Source: Candidatus Korarchaeum cryptofilum OPF8
Lineage (GTDB): Archaea > Korarchaeota > Korarchaeia > Korarchaeales > Korarchaeaceae
DNA length: 32,000 bases
Direction of reading: 5' to 3'
Assembly: GCF_000019605.1 (NCBI RefSeq)
Contig: NC_010482.1
Coordinates: 1,350,001 to 1,382,000, forward strand
Shown: positions 1-8,770 of the stretch, piece after piece
Position numbering within the stretch: the first letter of the stretch is position 1
Layout of the letters: every line of letters starts with the position of its first letter
Program-made: the position numbers and the translations under genes
The notes under the pieces: model-generated
Database searches by the model: none
Told to the model about the DNA's origin: nothing
Seen by the model: only the letters and a program-made list of their open reading frames with translations

Positions 1-621
1 GAGCACATACTCATAACTAGGATGGGGAGGAATCCTGAAGCGAAGCCCCCGATAGATCCTAATCTCCTCAAGAAGTACATAGCTTACGCTAAGCAGAACA
101 TAGACCCTATACTCACGGATGAAGCGGCTGAGAGGATAAAGAATTACTACGTAGATGTGAGGGGGAGGGGTATCAAGGAGAGTGAGGAAGGGATCGTTCA
201 GGATCTGATTTCGATAACCCCGAGGCAATTGGAAGCCCTGATAAGGTTGAGCGAAGCTAGGGCCAGGATGCACTTGAGGAGGGAGGTGACAGCTGAGGAT
301 GCTGAGATGGCGATAAACCTGATGGAGATAACTCTCAAGGGGGCGGCCTACGATATAGTATCGGGACACTTCGATATAACCGGATGGATGACCGGCATCT
401 CGTTCCCCGAGGTGAAGAGGAGGGAAGTGGTTTTCCAGATCATAAAACAGCTGGCCGAGGGGAGTGAGGATGGCCTAGTGGATAGGGACGTTGTAGTGAG
501 GATGGCGGCGGAGAGGCTCAACCTGAAGGGGAAGGAGTACGTCATCGAAGATATACTCAGGAAGCTCAATGAGGACGGCCTGATAATATTCCCGCCGGGA
601 GGGAAGATAAGGCTCATATAA
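1..621 (+). CDS. mcm: MCM replicative helicase, C-terminal part (5' end lies left of the window)
   Basis: Frame 1 is open from base 1 to TAA 619-621. The translated tail (ITPRQLEALIRLSEARARMHLRREVTAEDAEMAINLM, then a short winged-helix-like C-terminus) matches the conserved region after the AAA+ core of archaeal MCM. Confidence 0.85.
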   Translation, partial: EHILITRMGRNPEAKPPIDPNLLKKYIAYAKQNIDPILTDEAAERIKNYYVDVRGRGIKESEEGIVQDLISITPRQLEALIRLSEARARMHLRREVTAEDAEMAINLMEITLKGAAYDIVSGHFDITGWMTGISFPEVKRREVVFQIIKQLAEGSEDGLVDRDVVVRMAAERLNLKGKEYVIEDILRKLNEDGLIIFPPGGKIRLI

Positions 622-630
622 GGGATCCGG

Positions 631-2718
631 ATGGGCTTGAATGAGTTCTTGAGTAGAGTAGGAGTTAAGGAGCTCTACCCGACTCAGAGGGAGATCTTGG
701 AAAGGGGGCTCGTTAGCGAGGGGAATTTCGTGCTGGCAGCCCCTACTGCCTCCGGCAAGACCCTGGCGGCTGAGATTGTGATGAATGAGGAGCTGGAGAA
801 GGGGGGAAAGATAGTCTACCTAGTCCCTCTCAGGTCCCTAGCTTACGAGAAGTACGAGGAGTTCTCCAGGGTCTTCGATAAGTGGAGCGTTAGGGTATCT
901 ATAGGCGACTACGATTCCTCGGATGAGCCCCTGGGGAAGCATGACCTCATAGTGATGACCTATGAGAAATTCGACTCCCTCCAGAGGCACAGGAGCTCCT
1001 GGCTGAGTAGCGTGAGCTTACTGGTCCTGGATGAGGTTCACTACGTGGGCGATCCGAGCAGGGGGCCAACTCTCGAGATGGCCGTATCCAAGTTCATGCA
1101 TGAGAATCAGTCGAGGAGGATAGCCTTAAGCGCCACTATAACTAACTTGGAGGAGATAGCCGATTGGTTGCAGGCCGTCCCGATAAGGGTCGATTGGAGG
1201 CCTGTCCCCCTGAGGGTGGGGATGTACGTTGAGGGGAAGCTGATATATCCGGATGGGGAGGAGAGGCTCGAGGGGGAGGGGATAATACCTCTGCTTAGGA
1301 AGTGCTTAGTTGAGGGGGGCCAGGCCATAGTTTTCTACAATAGGAGGAGTGATGCCGTATCCTGGGCCGAGAAATTAGCTTCTCACTTCAATATGAGTGG
1401 TGAGTTACTTGAGGAAGTGAACTTATCCTCCTACGGCTCCTCCAAGCTCCTTGAGAAGCTCTCCAATGTGATGAGGAGGGGGGTGGCTTTCCATCACGCT
1501 GGCCTGCCCTTCGAGCTGAGGAGAGCCGTGGAGAGGGCCTTCAAGAGGGGCTCAGTCAGGATATTGACGGCCACACCCACTCTCGCAGCCGGTGTGAACT
1601 TACCAGCTAGAACCGTGATAGTGAGCTCCTACATGAGGTACAACCCTAAGCTGGGCAGGATGACTCCCATCTCTATCATGGAGTTCTGGCAGATGGCCGG
1701 CAGGGCCGGAAGGCCTGGCTACGATCCCTACGGGGAAGCTTACATAATAGCTAAGCGGAGCGAGGCTAAGAGGGTATTCGAGTACATAAGCTCCGAGCCC
1801 GAGCCCATCTCATCCAACTTGCACGATACATCTCTACTGAAGAACCACTTGCTGGCCCTTATAGCGAGCATGGAGCCGATATCCTCGGGGGAGATACTCG
1901 ATATATTCAAGAGGACTCTCCTTTACATTCAGGGAGGGGATAAGTTCCTGAGGAGGACCATACCTTTCCTCCTGGATTCTCTAAAGGAAGCTGGATTCCT
2001 CCAGGAGGTTAGGAATTCATATAGAGCGACATCCCTAGGGAGGAGGATCTCGGAGCTCTATATAGATACATCATCAGCCCAGATGATGATAGAGGCTTTA
2101 GATGAGTTAAATAAGAGGTATAAGGTTGAGGACGTCGAGCTTCCAGTTCTCCATCTCCTCTGCATGCTCCCTGACATGCCAAAAGTCTACGGTAGGGGTA
2201 GGGCTGAGTTGCTCAGGGAAGCTATTGAGGAGCTCGATCCCCTGATCCCAATGGAGGAGTCACCCATCTCATCCCCAAGCGAGCTCCTGCAGGTGATGAG
2301 GGGGGCTCTATCCCTCAAGATGTGGATATCGGGCCAGAGCGATGGGGAGATAGAGGAGAAGCTTGGGGTCGAGCCCGGTGACTTGAGGAACTTAGCTGAG
2401 AATGGAGAGTGGCTCTGTTACTCATTCTCAGAAATATCGAAGCTTTTTGGTGAGAAAGAATTATCGGAGTGGCTCAGAATACTATCGATGAGGATAAGAT
2501 ATGGGGTGCCCGAGGAACTACTGTCGCTTGTGATCCTGAAGGGTGTGGGTAGGGTGAGGGCTAAGCTCCTCTACGAAGCCGGATACAGGACCGTTAGGGA
2601 TATAGCTGAAGCCGAGCCAGAGCAACTCGAGAGGATAGTTGGTATAGGTAAGCAGCTCTCCAGGGAGCTAGTGGATCAGGCGAGGTCGTTGGCCTATGTG
2701 GGTTCATCCGATAGATAG
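631..2718 (+). CDS. hel308: Hel308/Hjm (Ski2-like) superfamily-2 DNA helicase
   Basis: 695-aa ORF with Walker A APTASGKT, DEVH box, SAT, VAFHHAGL, TATPTLAAGVNLPA and QMAGRAGRPG motifs. It has a C-terminal helix-hairpin-helix (GVGRVRAKLL...IVGIG). It starts 9 nt after the mcm stop. Confidence 0.9.
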   Translation: MGLNEFLSRVGVKELYPTQREILERGLVSEGNFVLAAPTASGKTLAAEIVMNEELEKGGKIVYLVPLRSLAYEKYEEFSRVFDKWSVRVSIGDYDSSDEPLGKHDLIVMTYEKFDSLQRHRSSWLSSVSLLVLDEVHYVGDPSRGPTLEMAVSKFMHENQSRRIALSATITNLEEIADWLQAVPIRVDWRPVPLRVGMYVEGKLIYPDGEERLEGEGIIPLLRKCLVEGGQAIVFYNRRSDAVSWAEKLASHFNMSGELLEEVNLSSYGSSKLLEKLSNVMRRGVAFHHAGLPFELRRAVERAFKRGSVRILTATPTLAAGVNLPARTVIVSSYMRYNPKLGRMTPISIMEFWQMAGRAGRPGYDPYGEAYIIAKRSEAKRVFEYISSEPEPISSNLHDTSLLKNHLLALIASMEPISSGEILDIFKRTLLYIQGGDKFLRRTIPFLLDSLKEAGFLQEVRNSYRATSLGRRISELYIDTSSAQMMIEALDELNKRYKVEDVELPVLHLLCMLPDMPKVYGRGRAELLREAIEELDPLIPMEESPISSPSELLQVMRGALSLKMWISGQSDGEIEEKLGVEPGDLRNLAENGEWLCYSFSEISKLFGEKELSEWLRILSMRIRYGVPEELLSLVILKGVGRVRAKLLYEAGYRTVRDIAEAEPEQLERIVGIGKQLSRELVDQARSLAYVGSSDR

Positions 2719-4066
2719 CAGGTATGGATCCGAGCTCATGAGGGCTATATTCAGGCAGGAGAATAGGATAAAGCTGATGGCGAGGGTCGAGGCCCTCTAC
2801 GCTAGAGCTTTAGCTGAGAGGGGATTCATACCCAAAGAGGCCGCTGAGGCAATTGAGAGAGCGGCTGAGGAAGTCACACCCGAGGATGTGAGGGCTGAGG
2901 AAGCTTTGGTGAAGCACGAAACCATGGCACTAGTCAGGGCCATTTCTAAGAGGGCCGGGAGGTATGGGGAGTACTTGCATCTGGGCCTGACATCGAACGA
3001 TGTGCTCGATACGGTGATGGGGGTCCAGATAAGGCAGGCCGGATCGATAATACTGAGGAGCTCCGCCTCCCTCCTGGAGAAGATAGTCAAGAGGGGGGAG
3101 GAATCCCTGGATATAGTTTGCCTGGGGAGGACCCATGGAGTGGTGGCTGATCCAATTCCCCTATCGATGAAGTTCGCCCTATGGTCCTACTATGTAAGGA
3201 GATCGATCGCCAGGTTCATGGACTCCCTCAATGAGGCATCTGTCGGCAAGCTCAGGGGGGCTGTAGGTACTGCAGCGGCCTCCATTGAATTGGGGATCAA
3301 GGATCCTCTGGAGGTTGAGAGCGAGGTACTCGCTGCTTTGGGATTGAGCCCCCCGGAGATAACTACGCAAGTGGTCCCGAGGGATAGGTTGGCCCATCTG
3401 ATCCTCTCCATGTCCCTCTTCTCATCCGCGCTGGATACGATAGCTAATGAGATAAGGAACCTCCACAGGACTGAGATAAGCGAGGTCAAGGAGCACTTCG
3501 AGGAGAGGCAGGTGGGTTCGAGCACCATGCCCCACAAGATGAACCCCATTAACAGCGAGAAGGTATGCGGATTGGCTAGGTTGATGAGGTCATTGGCCAT
3601 AGCTGCTCTAGAGAACGTGGTGCTTGAGCATGAGAGGGATCTCACCAATAGCTCTGTGGAGAGGGCAATTTTACCTGAGGCCTTCCTGATCCTTGAGGAG
3701 CAGATAAACACCCTCTCTGCAGTCATAGAGAACCTGGAAATAGATAGGGTGAGGATAGGGGAGAACTTGGAGAAATACGGTGATATCGCCCTGAGCGAGA
3801 GGTTAATGATATGGTTAGTTAAGAAGGGATTGGGGAGGCAGGAGGCTCACGAGATAGTGAGGAGCATATCCTTGAGATCCCACAGGAGCGGTAGGAGGTT
3901 CATCGATGAAGTACTGGCCGATGAGTCCCTATCCAAGATACTGAGGCCTGAGGAGATCGAGGCCATATTCAGCCCCCGGAGCTACTTGGGTCTGGGGAGG
4001 GAGCTATCTATCGAGGAGTTCAGAGCGGCGAGGGAGTTCCTGAAGGAGGTGCTTCTAAACGGGTGA
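2696..4066 (+). CDS. purB: adenylosuccinate lyase
   Basis: 456 aa with N-terminal HPIDSRYGS and the fumarate-lyase family signature GSSTMPHKMNP. Length is typical for PurB. It overlaps the hel308 3' end by 23 nt. Confidence 0.9.
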   Translation: MWVHPIDSRYGSELMRAIFRQENRIKLMARVEALYARALAERGFIPKEAAEAIERAAEEVTPEDVRAEEALVKHETMALVRAISKRAGRYGEYLHLGLTSNDVLDTVMGVQIRQAGSIILRSSASLLEKIVKRGEESLDIVCLGRTHGVVADPIPLSMKFALWSYYVRRSIARFMDSLNEASVGKLRGAVGTAAASIELGIKDPLEVESEVLAALGLSPPEITTQVVPRDRLAHLILSMSLFSSALDTIANEIRNLHRTEISEVKEHFEERQVGSSTMPHKMNPINSEKVCGLARLMRSLAIAALENVVLEHERDLTNSSVERAILPEAFLILEEQINTLSAVIENLEIDRVRIGENLEKYGDIALSERLMIWLVKKGLGRQEAHEIVRSISLRSHRSGRRFIDEVLADESLSKILRPEEIEAIFSPRSYLGLGRELSIEEFRAAREFLKEVLLNG

Positions 4067-4082
4067 AATAGGGCTTAGGTTC

Positions 4083-5381
4083 TTGGGAGGAGCCAGATCA
4101 ATAGGTAGATCGAGCGTTGAGATAATCTGCAGGAATCCCATAATACTGGACTCCGGAGTGGATGTGGGGGCCAGTTCGAACCTCCTCCCATCCGAGCCCA
4201 GGTCGGATCCCGAGGCCCTGATCCTCACCCACGCTCACCTAGACCACTACGGGGCCAGCCCCCTTATACTGAGGAGGTGGGGCTGCGATACCTACGTAAC
4301 TCCCCCAACGGTCGATGTGGGGGAGGTGCTCCTGAAGGACTTCGTCAGCCTCTCCTCGGAATATGCTGAGAGGCCCTACTCCATCCAGGACATCCAGCTC
4401 ATTAGGAGGAGGGAGAAATCGGTCAGGCTCAACGACTACGTAGCTCTGGATGGATGGGAGCTCAGGACCTTCAACGCCGGTCACGTCCTGGGTTCCATAA
4501 TGATACACCTTACTGCAGTGGACGGACCCAGCATCCTCTACACAGGAGATATAAACACAGCTGGGACCAGGACCCTTAGAGGGGCCGAGACTGAGCTCCC
4601 CAAGGTCGATTATTTGATAATAGAGGGTACCTATGGCGGGGATGATGATATACATCCCTCGAGGAAGAAGGTGGAGAGGCAGTTCATAGAGGATATAAGG
4701 AACGTTATAGCCAGTGGGGGGGTCACTATAATACCTACTTTCGCCCTGGGCAGGGCCCAGGAAGTCTTATTAACTTTGATAAGCCATATGGAATCCGGTG
4801 TCCTTCAGGAAGTCCCGATATTCGTTGATGGAATGATAAGGGAGATATCGAAATACTACAACGCTTACTGGTCCTGGTTGAGGCCCGAGCTCCAGAGGAT
4901 GATAAGGGAGAGCAAGAGGGGGCTCTTCGATCACAGGGCCATAGAGGAAGTGAGGAATAGGGAGGAGCTTCTGGAGATAAGCGAGCCCTTCATAATCGTC
5001 ACTACATCGGGAATGCTTCAGGGAGGTCCTGTGCTCACATATTTGAAGCACTTCGGGACGAAGAGGGGGAATCTCATATACCTCACTGGCTATCAAGTTA
5101 GGGGAACGAGGGGGAGGATGCTTTTAGATGGTATAAGGCAGATCCCGATGCCGGACGGTATTATAGAGGTGAAGAGCGATGTCAAATTCGCCGATTTCTC
5201 AGCTCACGCTGATCAGCCCAATCTGATAAACTTCATAACGAAGGTAGCGGGCAGGGGGCTCAAGGAAGTGATATTAGTTCACGGTGAGCCTGATAAGTTG
5301 ATCCAGCTCAGGAGGAAGTTGGAGGCCAGGGGGATAAGGGCCTATATACCCTATGAGGGTGAGGTATTGAGGATAAAGTGA
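4083..5381 (+). CDS. beta-CASP metallo-beta-lactamase ribonuclease (aCPSF2-like, no KH domains)
   Basis: HxHxDH motif (THAHLDHYGA), a beta-CASP middle region and a C-terminal SAHAD motif. The start is uncertain. The ORF-track start is TTG 4083, but the conserved first strand (GLRFLGGARSIGRS) begins upstream, where the frame is open from 4059 and has no ATG/GTG. Confidence 0.8.
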   Translation: MGGARSIGRSSVEIICRNPIILDSGVDVGASSNLLPSEPRSDPEALILTHAHLDHYGASPLILRRWGCDTYVTPPTVDVGEVLLKDFVSLSSEYAERPYSIQDIQLIRRREKSVRLNDYVALDGWELRTFNAGHVLGSIMIHLTAVDGPSILYTGDINTAGTRTLRGAETELPKVDYLIIEGTYGGDDDIHPSRKKVERQFIEDIRNVIASGGVTIIPTFALGRAQEVLLTLISHMESGVLQEVPIFVDGMIREISKYYNAYWSWLRPELQRMIRESKRGLFDHRAIEEVRNREELLEISEPFIIVTTSGMLQGGPVLTYLKHFGTKRGNLIYLTGYQVRGTRGRMLLDGIRQIPMPDGIIEVKSDVKFADFSAHADQPNLINFITKVAGRGLKEVILVHGEPDKLIQLRRKLEARGIRAYIPYEGEVLRIK

Positions 5382-5413
5382 TATTACTCGGATATTACAT
5401 CCGCTTCAGCTCC

Positions 5414-5418
5414 TTTTT
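5414..5418 (+). terminator. oligo-T tract downstream of the aCPSF2-like gene
   Basis: T5 run lies about 33 nt after the TGA at 5379-5381. Archaeal RNA polymerase terminates at oligo-T. Confidence 0.3.
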
Positions 5419-5450
5419 AACCCTTCCCCTCCGAGGGGACATGATAAGGG

Positions 5451-6095
5451 ATGCAGACCGCGCAGGAGCTCCACCAAGATGGGTTCTTTTCCAAGCTGTT
5501 CTCAGCTATATATAAGAGGAAGAAGATCTCCCTCGGCATATACGGCCCGGTCAACTCCGGAAAGACCACATTAGCCAATAGGATATGCATGGACTTCGCC
5601 GGCAGGAAGATGGGCTCCGTGAGCAGAGTGCCCCATGAGACCAGATCAGTGAACGTGATGGAGAACGTCGTCTTGAAGCTGAAGAACGGGTCCTCGATAA
5701 TCATGGATGTCATAGATACCCCGGGGATAGCGACCAGGATAACTTACAGGAGCTTCATGAGATACGGGTTCAAGAAGGATGAAGCGGTGGAGAGAGCTGC
5801 TGAAGCAGCTAGAGGGGTGGTTGAAGCTATAAGAAGTATGGAGAGGGTTAATTTAGCTTTGTTAGTCATAGATTCGAGTAAGGATGCTACCTCCCAGGTC
5901 AACTGGGTCATAGCCGGTAACCTGAAGGCCAGGCTCATCCCTTACATAGTGGTAGCTAATAAGATAGATCTGCCCTACGCCAGGCCTAAGAGCGTCAAGA
6001 GGGTATTTCCGGATGATATCGTCATCCCCATATCCGCTCTGAGGGGAGACAATATAAGCTCCCTTTACGAAGCAATAGTGAGTTTAGCCAGATAG
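5451..6095 (+). CDS. small P-loop GTPase of unknown function
   Basis: G1 GPVNSGKT, G3 DTPG and G4 NKID motifs; 214 aa. Confidence 0.75.
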   Translation: MQTAQELHQDGFFSKLFSAIYKRKKISLGIYGPVNSGKTTLANRICMDFAGRKMGSVSRVPHETRSVNVMENVVLKLKNGSSIIMDVIDTPGIATRITYRSFMRYGFKKDEAVERAAEAARGVVEAIRSMERVNLALLVIDSSKDATSQVNWVIAGNLKARLIPYIVVANKIDLPYARPKSVKRVFPDDIVIPISALRGDNISSLYEAIVSLAR

Positions 6096-6104
6096 CGTGG
6101 AAAG

Positions 6105-6419
6105 ATGCCGGTCAGAATGATCCTTAAGTGCAGATCCTGTGGCTTCGAGATGGATGCGGAGAGGTCAGATTCCTCCATCCCCGAGGCCTGCCCATCCTGT
6201 GGAGCCAGGGAGCTGGAGTTCCAGGTGAGCCTCGAGATCGCCCGAGTTGAGGAGGAAGCTGGAGTTGAGCCCCTCCTCAGTGAGGCGTTCATAAAGCAGG
6301 TGTCTCGCGGTGAATACCTGATAGATATACCAGCTGATGATGTAGCCATAGCTGAGCTCGAGCCCGGGGTCTATGAGATCATAATCAGGACCTCGAGATC
6401 TTCCTCCCGATCACGATGA
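6105..6419 (+). CDS. Zn-ribbon protein of unknown function (DUF2072-like by recollection)
   Basis: CRSCG...x18...CPSCG zinc-ribbon at the N-terminus; 104 aa; starts 9 nt after the GTPase stop. The last 35 nt overlap the 3' end of trmI on the opposite strand. Confidence 0.6.
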   Translation: MPVRMILKCRSCGFEMDAERSDSSIPEACPSCGARELEFQVSLEIARVEEEAGVEPLLSEAFIKQVSRGEYLIDIPADDVAIAELEPGVYEIIIRTSRSSSRSR

Positions 6420-7167
6420 AGCCCGTGTGCCCTATCATCCATGGGGCCGGCCTTGTCCTCCTCTCATCGCTCTCATATTCTCTATCCAGGATCTCATGTA
6501 TTTCAATGAGCCCGAATCCCACTTCTCTAGCTTTCAGGACGGTCTTATTGACCTGCTCGCATGAGGGGAGGAAGGCCAGGAAGGGGCCATTCGGCTTCAG
6601 CCTCTCATGAACTTGAGGCAAGATCTCCCATGGATCGGGAATATCTAAGAATATTGCATCAACATTTGACTCATCTATACCCTCTTTCGCATCCTTATGC
6701 TTTAATACCACATTATCGATCCCTAAAAGCCTCAAGTTCCTCTCAGCCGTCTCCAGTGATTCCCTCCTGATATCGTAGCTGTAAAGCCTCCCGCTCCGGC
6801 CCAGGAAATTGGCGAGCACCATCGTCAGGGCCCCGGATCCCGTCCCTATCTCAACTACAGTATCCCCTGGCCTTATGCCAGATTTTAGTATCATGAAACC
6901 CGCATCCTTAGGATAAATTATTTGTGTAGCTCTCCCTATCTTTTCAATATAATCCGTCAATATGGGCTTATGTACCTCGACCCTCTCCCCCTTGCTAGTC
7001 TCGATTACGCAACCCCACTCCTTCCCTATGATCTCAGAGAGATCTATTGAACCCTTATGCGTATGTAAGACTTTACCCCTCTTCACCTTGACCAAGAACT
7101 TCTTAGGTTTCCCCTTCTTCCCATAGACGACTAGTAGCGCCGCATCATCCTCAGATATCAGGTCCAA
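6385..7167 (-). CDS. trmI: tRNA (adenine-N1)-methyltransferase, TrmI/Gcd14 family
   Basis: SAM-binding motif VEIGTGSGALT and the Gcd14-type motif LDIPDPWE; 260 aa; TTG start at 7167. Confidence 0.85.
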   Translation of the reverse strand: MDLISEDDAALLVVYGKKGKPKKFLVKVKRGKVLHTHKGSIDLSEIIGKEWGCVIETSKGERVEVHKPILTDYIEKIGRATQIIYPKDAGFMILKSGIRPGDTVVEIGTGSGALTMVLANFLGRSGRLYSYDIRRESLETAERNLRLLGIDNVVLKHKDAKEGIDESNVDAIFLDIPDPWEILPQVHERLKPNGPFLAFLPSCEQVNKTVLKAREVGFGLIEIHEILDREYESDERRTRPAPWMIGHTGFIVIGRKISRS

Positions 7168-7174
7168 GCACCCC

Positions 7175-8317
7175 CTATAGGAGGGCCCTGGCCACCTTAG
7201 TGGCCAGTATTGGGTGCTTCATCAACTTCATCGCGACCTTGCCTATCTCTATACCATTCGCGAGGTTTATCACATCCTCATAATCTAGTACATTCGCTAG
7301 CTCATTGAGATCATTATCGCTCAACCTTTCGAAGACCCTCATCGCCCTCAAGCTGTCCCTTATCCTCTTGATCCATCCCTCATACTCCCTCTCGAAGGAG
7401 CTCAAAGCTCCCTTAGAGGTATCCCCCTTCTCCAGGGCCTCAGCTATAGTCCTGCTCACCGCCTTACCTGCGGCTATTGAGGAATGTATCCCTGCCCCCG
7501 TGAAGGGGATGACCATGCCGGCGGCATCGCCTATCAGGATGACCCCATCCCCTATGTACTCCCTGGCCAATCCCCCTATGGGAACGACGTAGCCCCCTAC
7601 TCCAATTATCTTAGCCTTCCTGAATATCTCGGGCCTCTCCTTTATGAATTTATCCAAGTAGAGCTTGGGGGAGCCTGGCCTGACCCCTATACCGACATTA
7701 GCTACCTGATCATCCTTTGGGAAGATCCATGCATAACCACCGGGTGCCATGGAGCCAACGTATATCCTCCCCGAGTTATAGGAATCTAGTTCCACTCCCA
7801 CCATCTTGTATTGATAGGTGGGGATCAGCTCAGTTCTGTTATCGAGGCCCGAGGACTTAGCGACGGTAGAGTTATACCCATCGGCCCCGACGACGACCTT
7901 CCCCCTTAAAGTCTCCCCCTTAGCTGTCTTAACACCACAAACCCTACCATTTTCCTTTAAGACGCTCTCAACCCTCTCCCCCACCCTTATCTCAGCACCA
8001 GCTAGGTAAGCTTTCTTCGCGAGCTCCAATAGGAATAGATCCTTGTTTATAGCGTAACCGTGGAGGGGTATCTCCACGTACTTCCCAGATGGGGCGTAGA
8101 CCTTCATGCTGAGCTCATTCGATACAACGCCTGGCTTCGGCTCTATGCCCGCTGTCTCGAATGTCGTCTTGCTGGTCCCCTCACCGCAAGGTTTCCAAGC
8201 CCTTATATCAGAATAAGCCTCAAGTAAGATCACTTTAAGCCCTAACTCAGCTGAAAACTTCGCAGCCGAGAGTCCAGCGGGTCCTCCTCCCACCACTATG
8301 ACGTCCCATTCCTCCAT
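7175..8317 (-). CDS. geranylgeranyl reductase family flavoprotein (digeranylgeranylglycerophospholipid reductase-like)
   Basis: N-terminal FAD fold DVIVVGGGPAGLSAA and a GDAAG motif; 380 aa; sits 7 nt upstream of trmI on the same strand. Confidence 0.85.
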   Translation of the reverse strand: MEEWDVIVVGGGPAGLSAAKFSAELGLKVILLEAYSDIRAWKPCGEGTSKTTFETAGIEPKPGVVSNELSMKVYAPSGKYVEIPLHGYAINKDLFLLELAKKAYLAGAEIRVGERVESVLKENGRVCGVKTAKGETLRGKVVVGADGYNSTVAKSSGLDNRTELIPTYQYKMVGVELDSYNSGRIYVGSMAPGGYAWIFPKDDQVANVGIGVRPGSPKLYLDKFIKERPEIFRKAKIIGVGGYVVPIGGLAREYIGDGVILIGDAAGMVIPFTGAGIHSSIAAGKAVSRTIAEALEKGDTSKGALSSFEREYEGWIKRIRDSLRAMRVFERLSDNDLNELANVLDYEDVINLANGIEIGKVAMKLMKHPILATKVARALL

Positions 8318-8506
8318 GATGACACCGAATGATGTCGCAGTTACTATATTTCAGCATTTTCGCTCCGCCACTGAGTTCGTTAATTGACGAAAAAAATGCG
8401 GAGAGGCACGACAGATGATAAAAGTTTTATAGAGATGAACGTTAATAATAGTTAGGATGGGGCTCACCCTCCGCCCTGAGCCGATGAATGTGAAAGGTGA
8501 AGATAA

Positions 8507-8740
8507 TTGAGCGTCCTAATGGATGCGCACCTGAGGATCCTTAGGAGGCTTGAAAGGGCTGGTCCCGAGGGAGTTGTTGCCTCAGAACTCATTCCGGATA
8601 GAGTAGCGAGGGAGTTCGTCCTGAAGTATCTTGCGAGCAAGGGTCTGATTGTCAGGAGGAGGAAGTTCAGGGGAGAGAGGGTTTTCATAACGACCAAGGG
8701 CTTGGTGCTCCTCCGTGACTACGGCGATGGAGTGACTTAA
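8507..8740 (+). CDS. small winged-helix DNA-binding protein
   Basis: 77-aa ORF whose helix-turn-helix plus beta-wing pattern resembles MarR/ArsR-type wHTH. AGGTGA lies 6 nt upstream of TTG 8507. An alternative ATG is at 8519. Confidence 0.55.
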   Translation: MSVLMDAHLRILRRLERAGPEGVVASELIPDRVAREFVLKYLASKGLIVRRRKFRGERVFITTKGLVLLRDYGDGVT

Positions 8741-8770
8741 AAAATCAAAATTTTTTATTGAGGAGTTCAG

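Noticed and set aside
3190-3726. 178-aa minus-strand ORF inside purB. Similar long antisense or out-of-frame ORFs occur at 348-617, 4239-4655, 5417-5713, 6065-6349, 11050-11514, 10804-11196, 17528-17860, 18721-19032, 25856-26299, 27365-27661 and elsewhere.
   Set aside because: All lie entirely within well-supported genes on the other strand or in another frame. They have low-complexity S/P/L-rich translations with no recognisable motifs. They are shadow ORFs favoured by the codon bias.
5426-5438. GC-rich near-palindrome CCCCTCCGAGGGG just upstream of the GTPase gene.
   Set aside because: It can form only a hairpin of about 4 bp with a usable loop. It is a single occurrence with no partner motif elsewhere in the window, so it is too weak to call a regulatory site.
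8316-8374. C/D-box sRNA-like signal in the GGR/wHTH spacer: ATGATGA at 8316-8322, ATGATGT at 8329-8335 and CTGA at 8371-8374.
   Set aside because: There are no D'/C' boxes at the required spacing of about 12 nt and no terminal stem. The first ATGATGA overlaps the GGR start codon region. Chance occurrence is likely.
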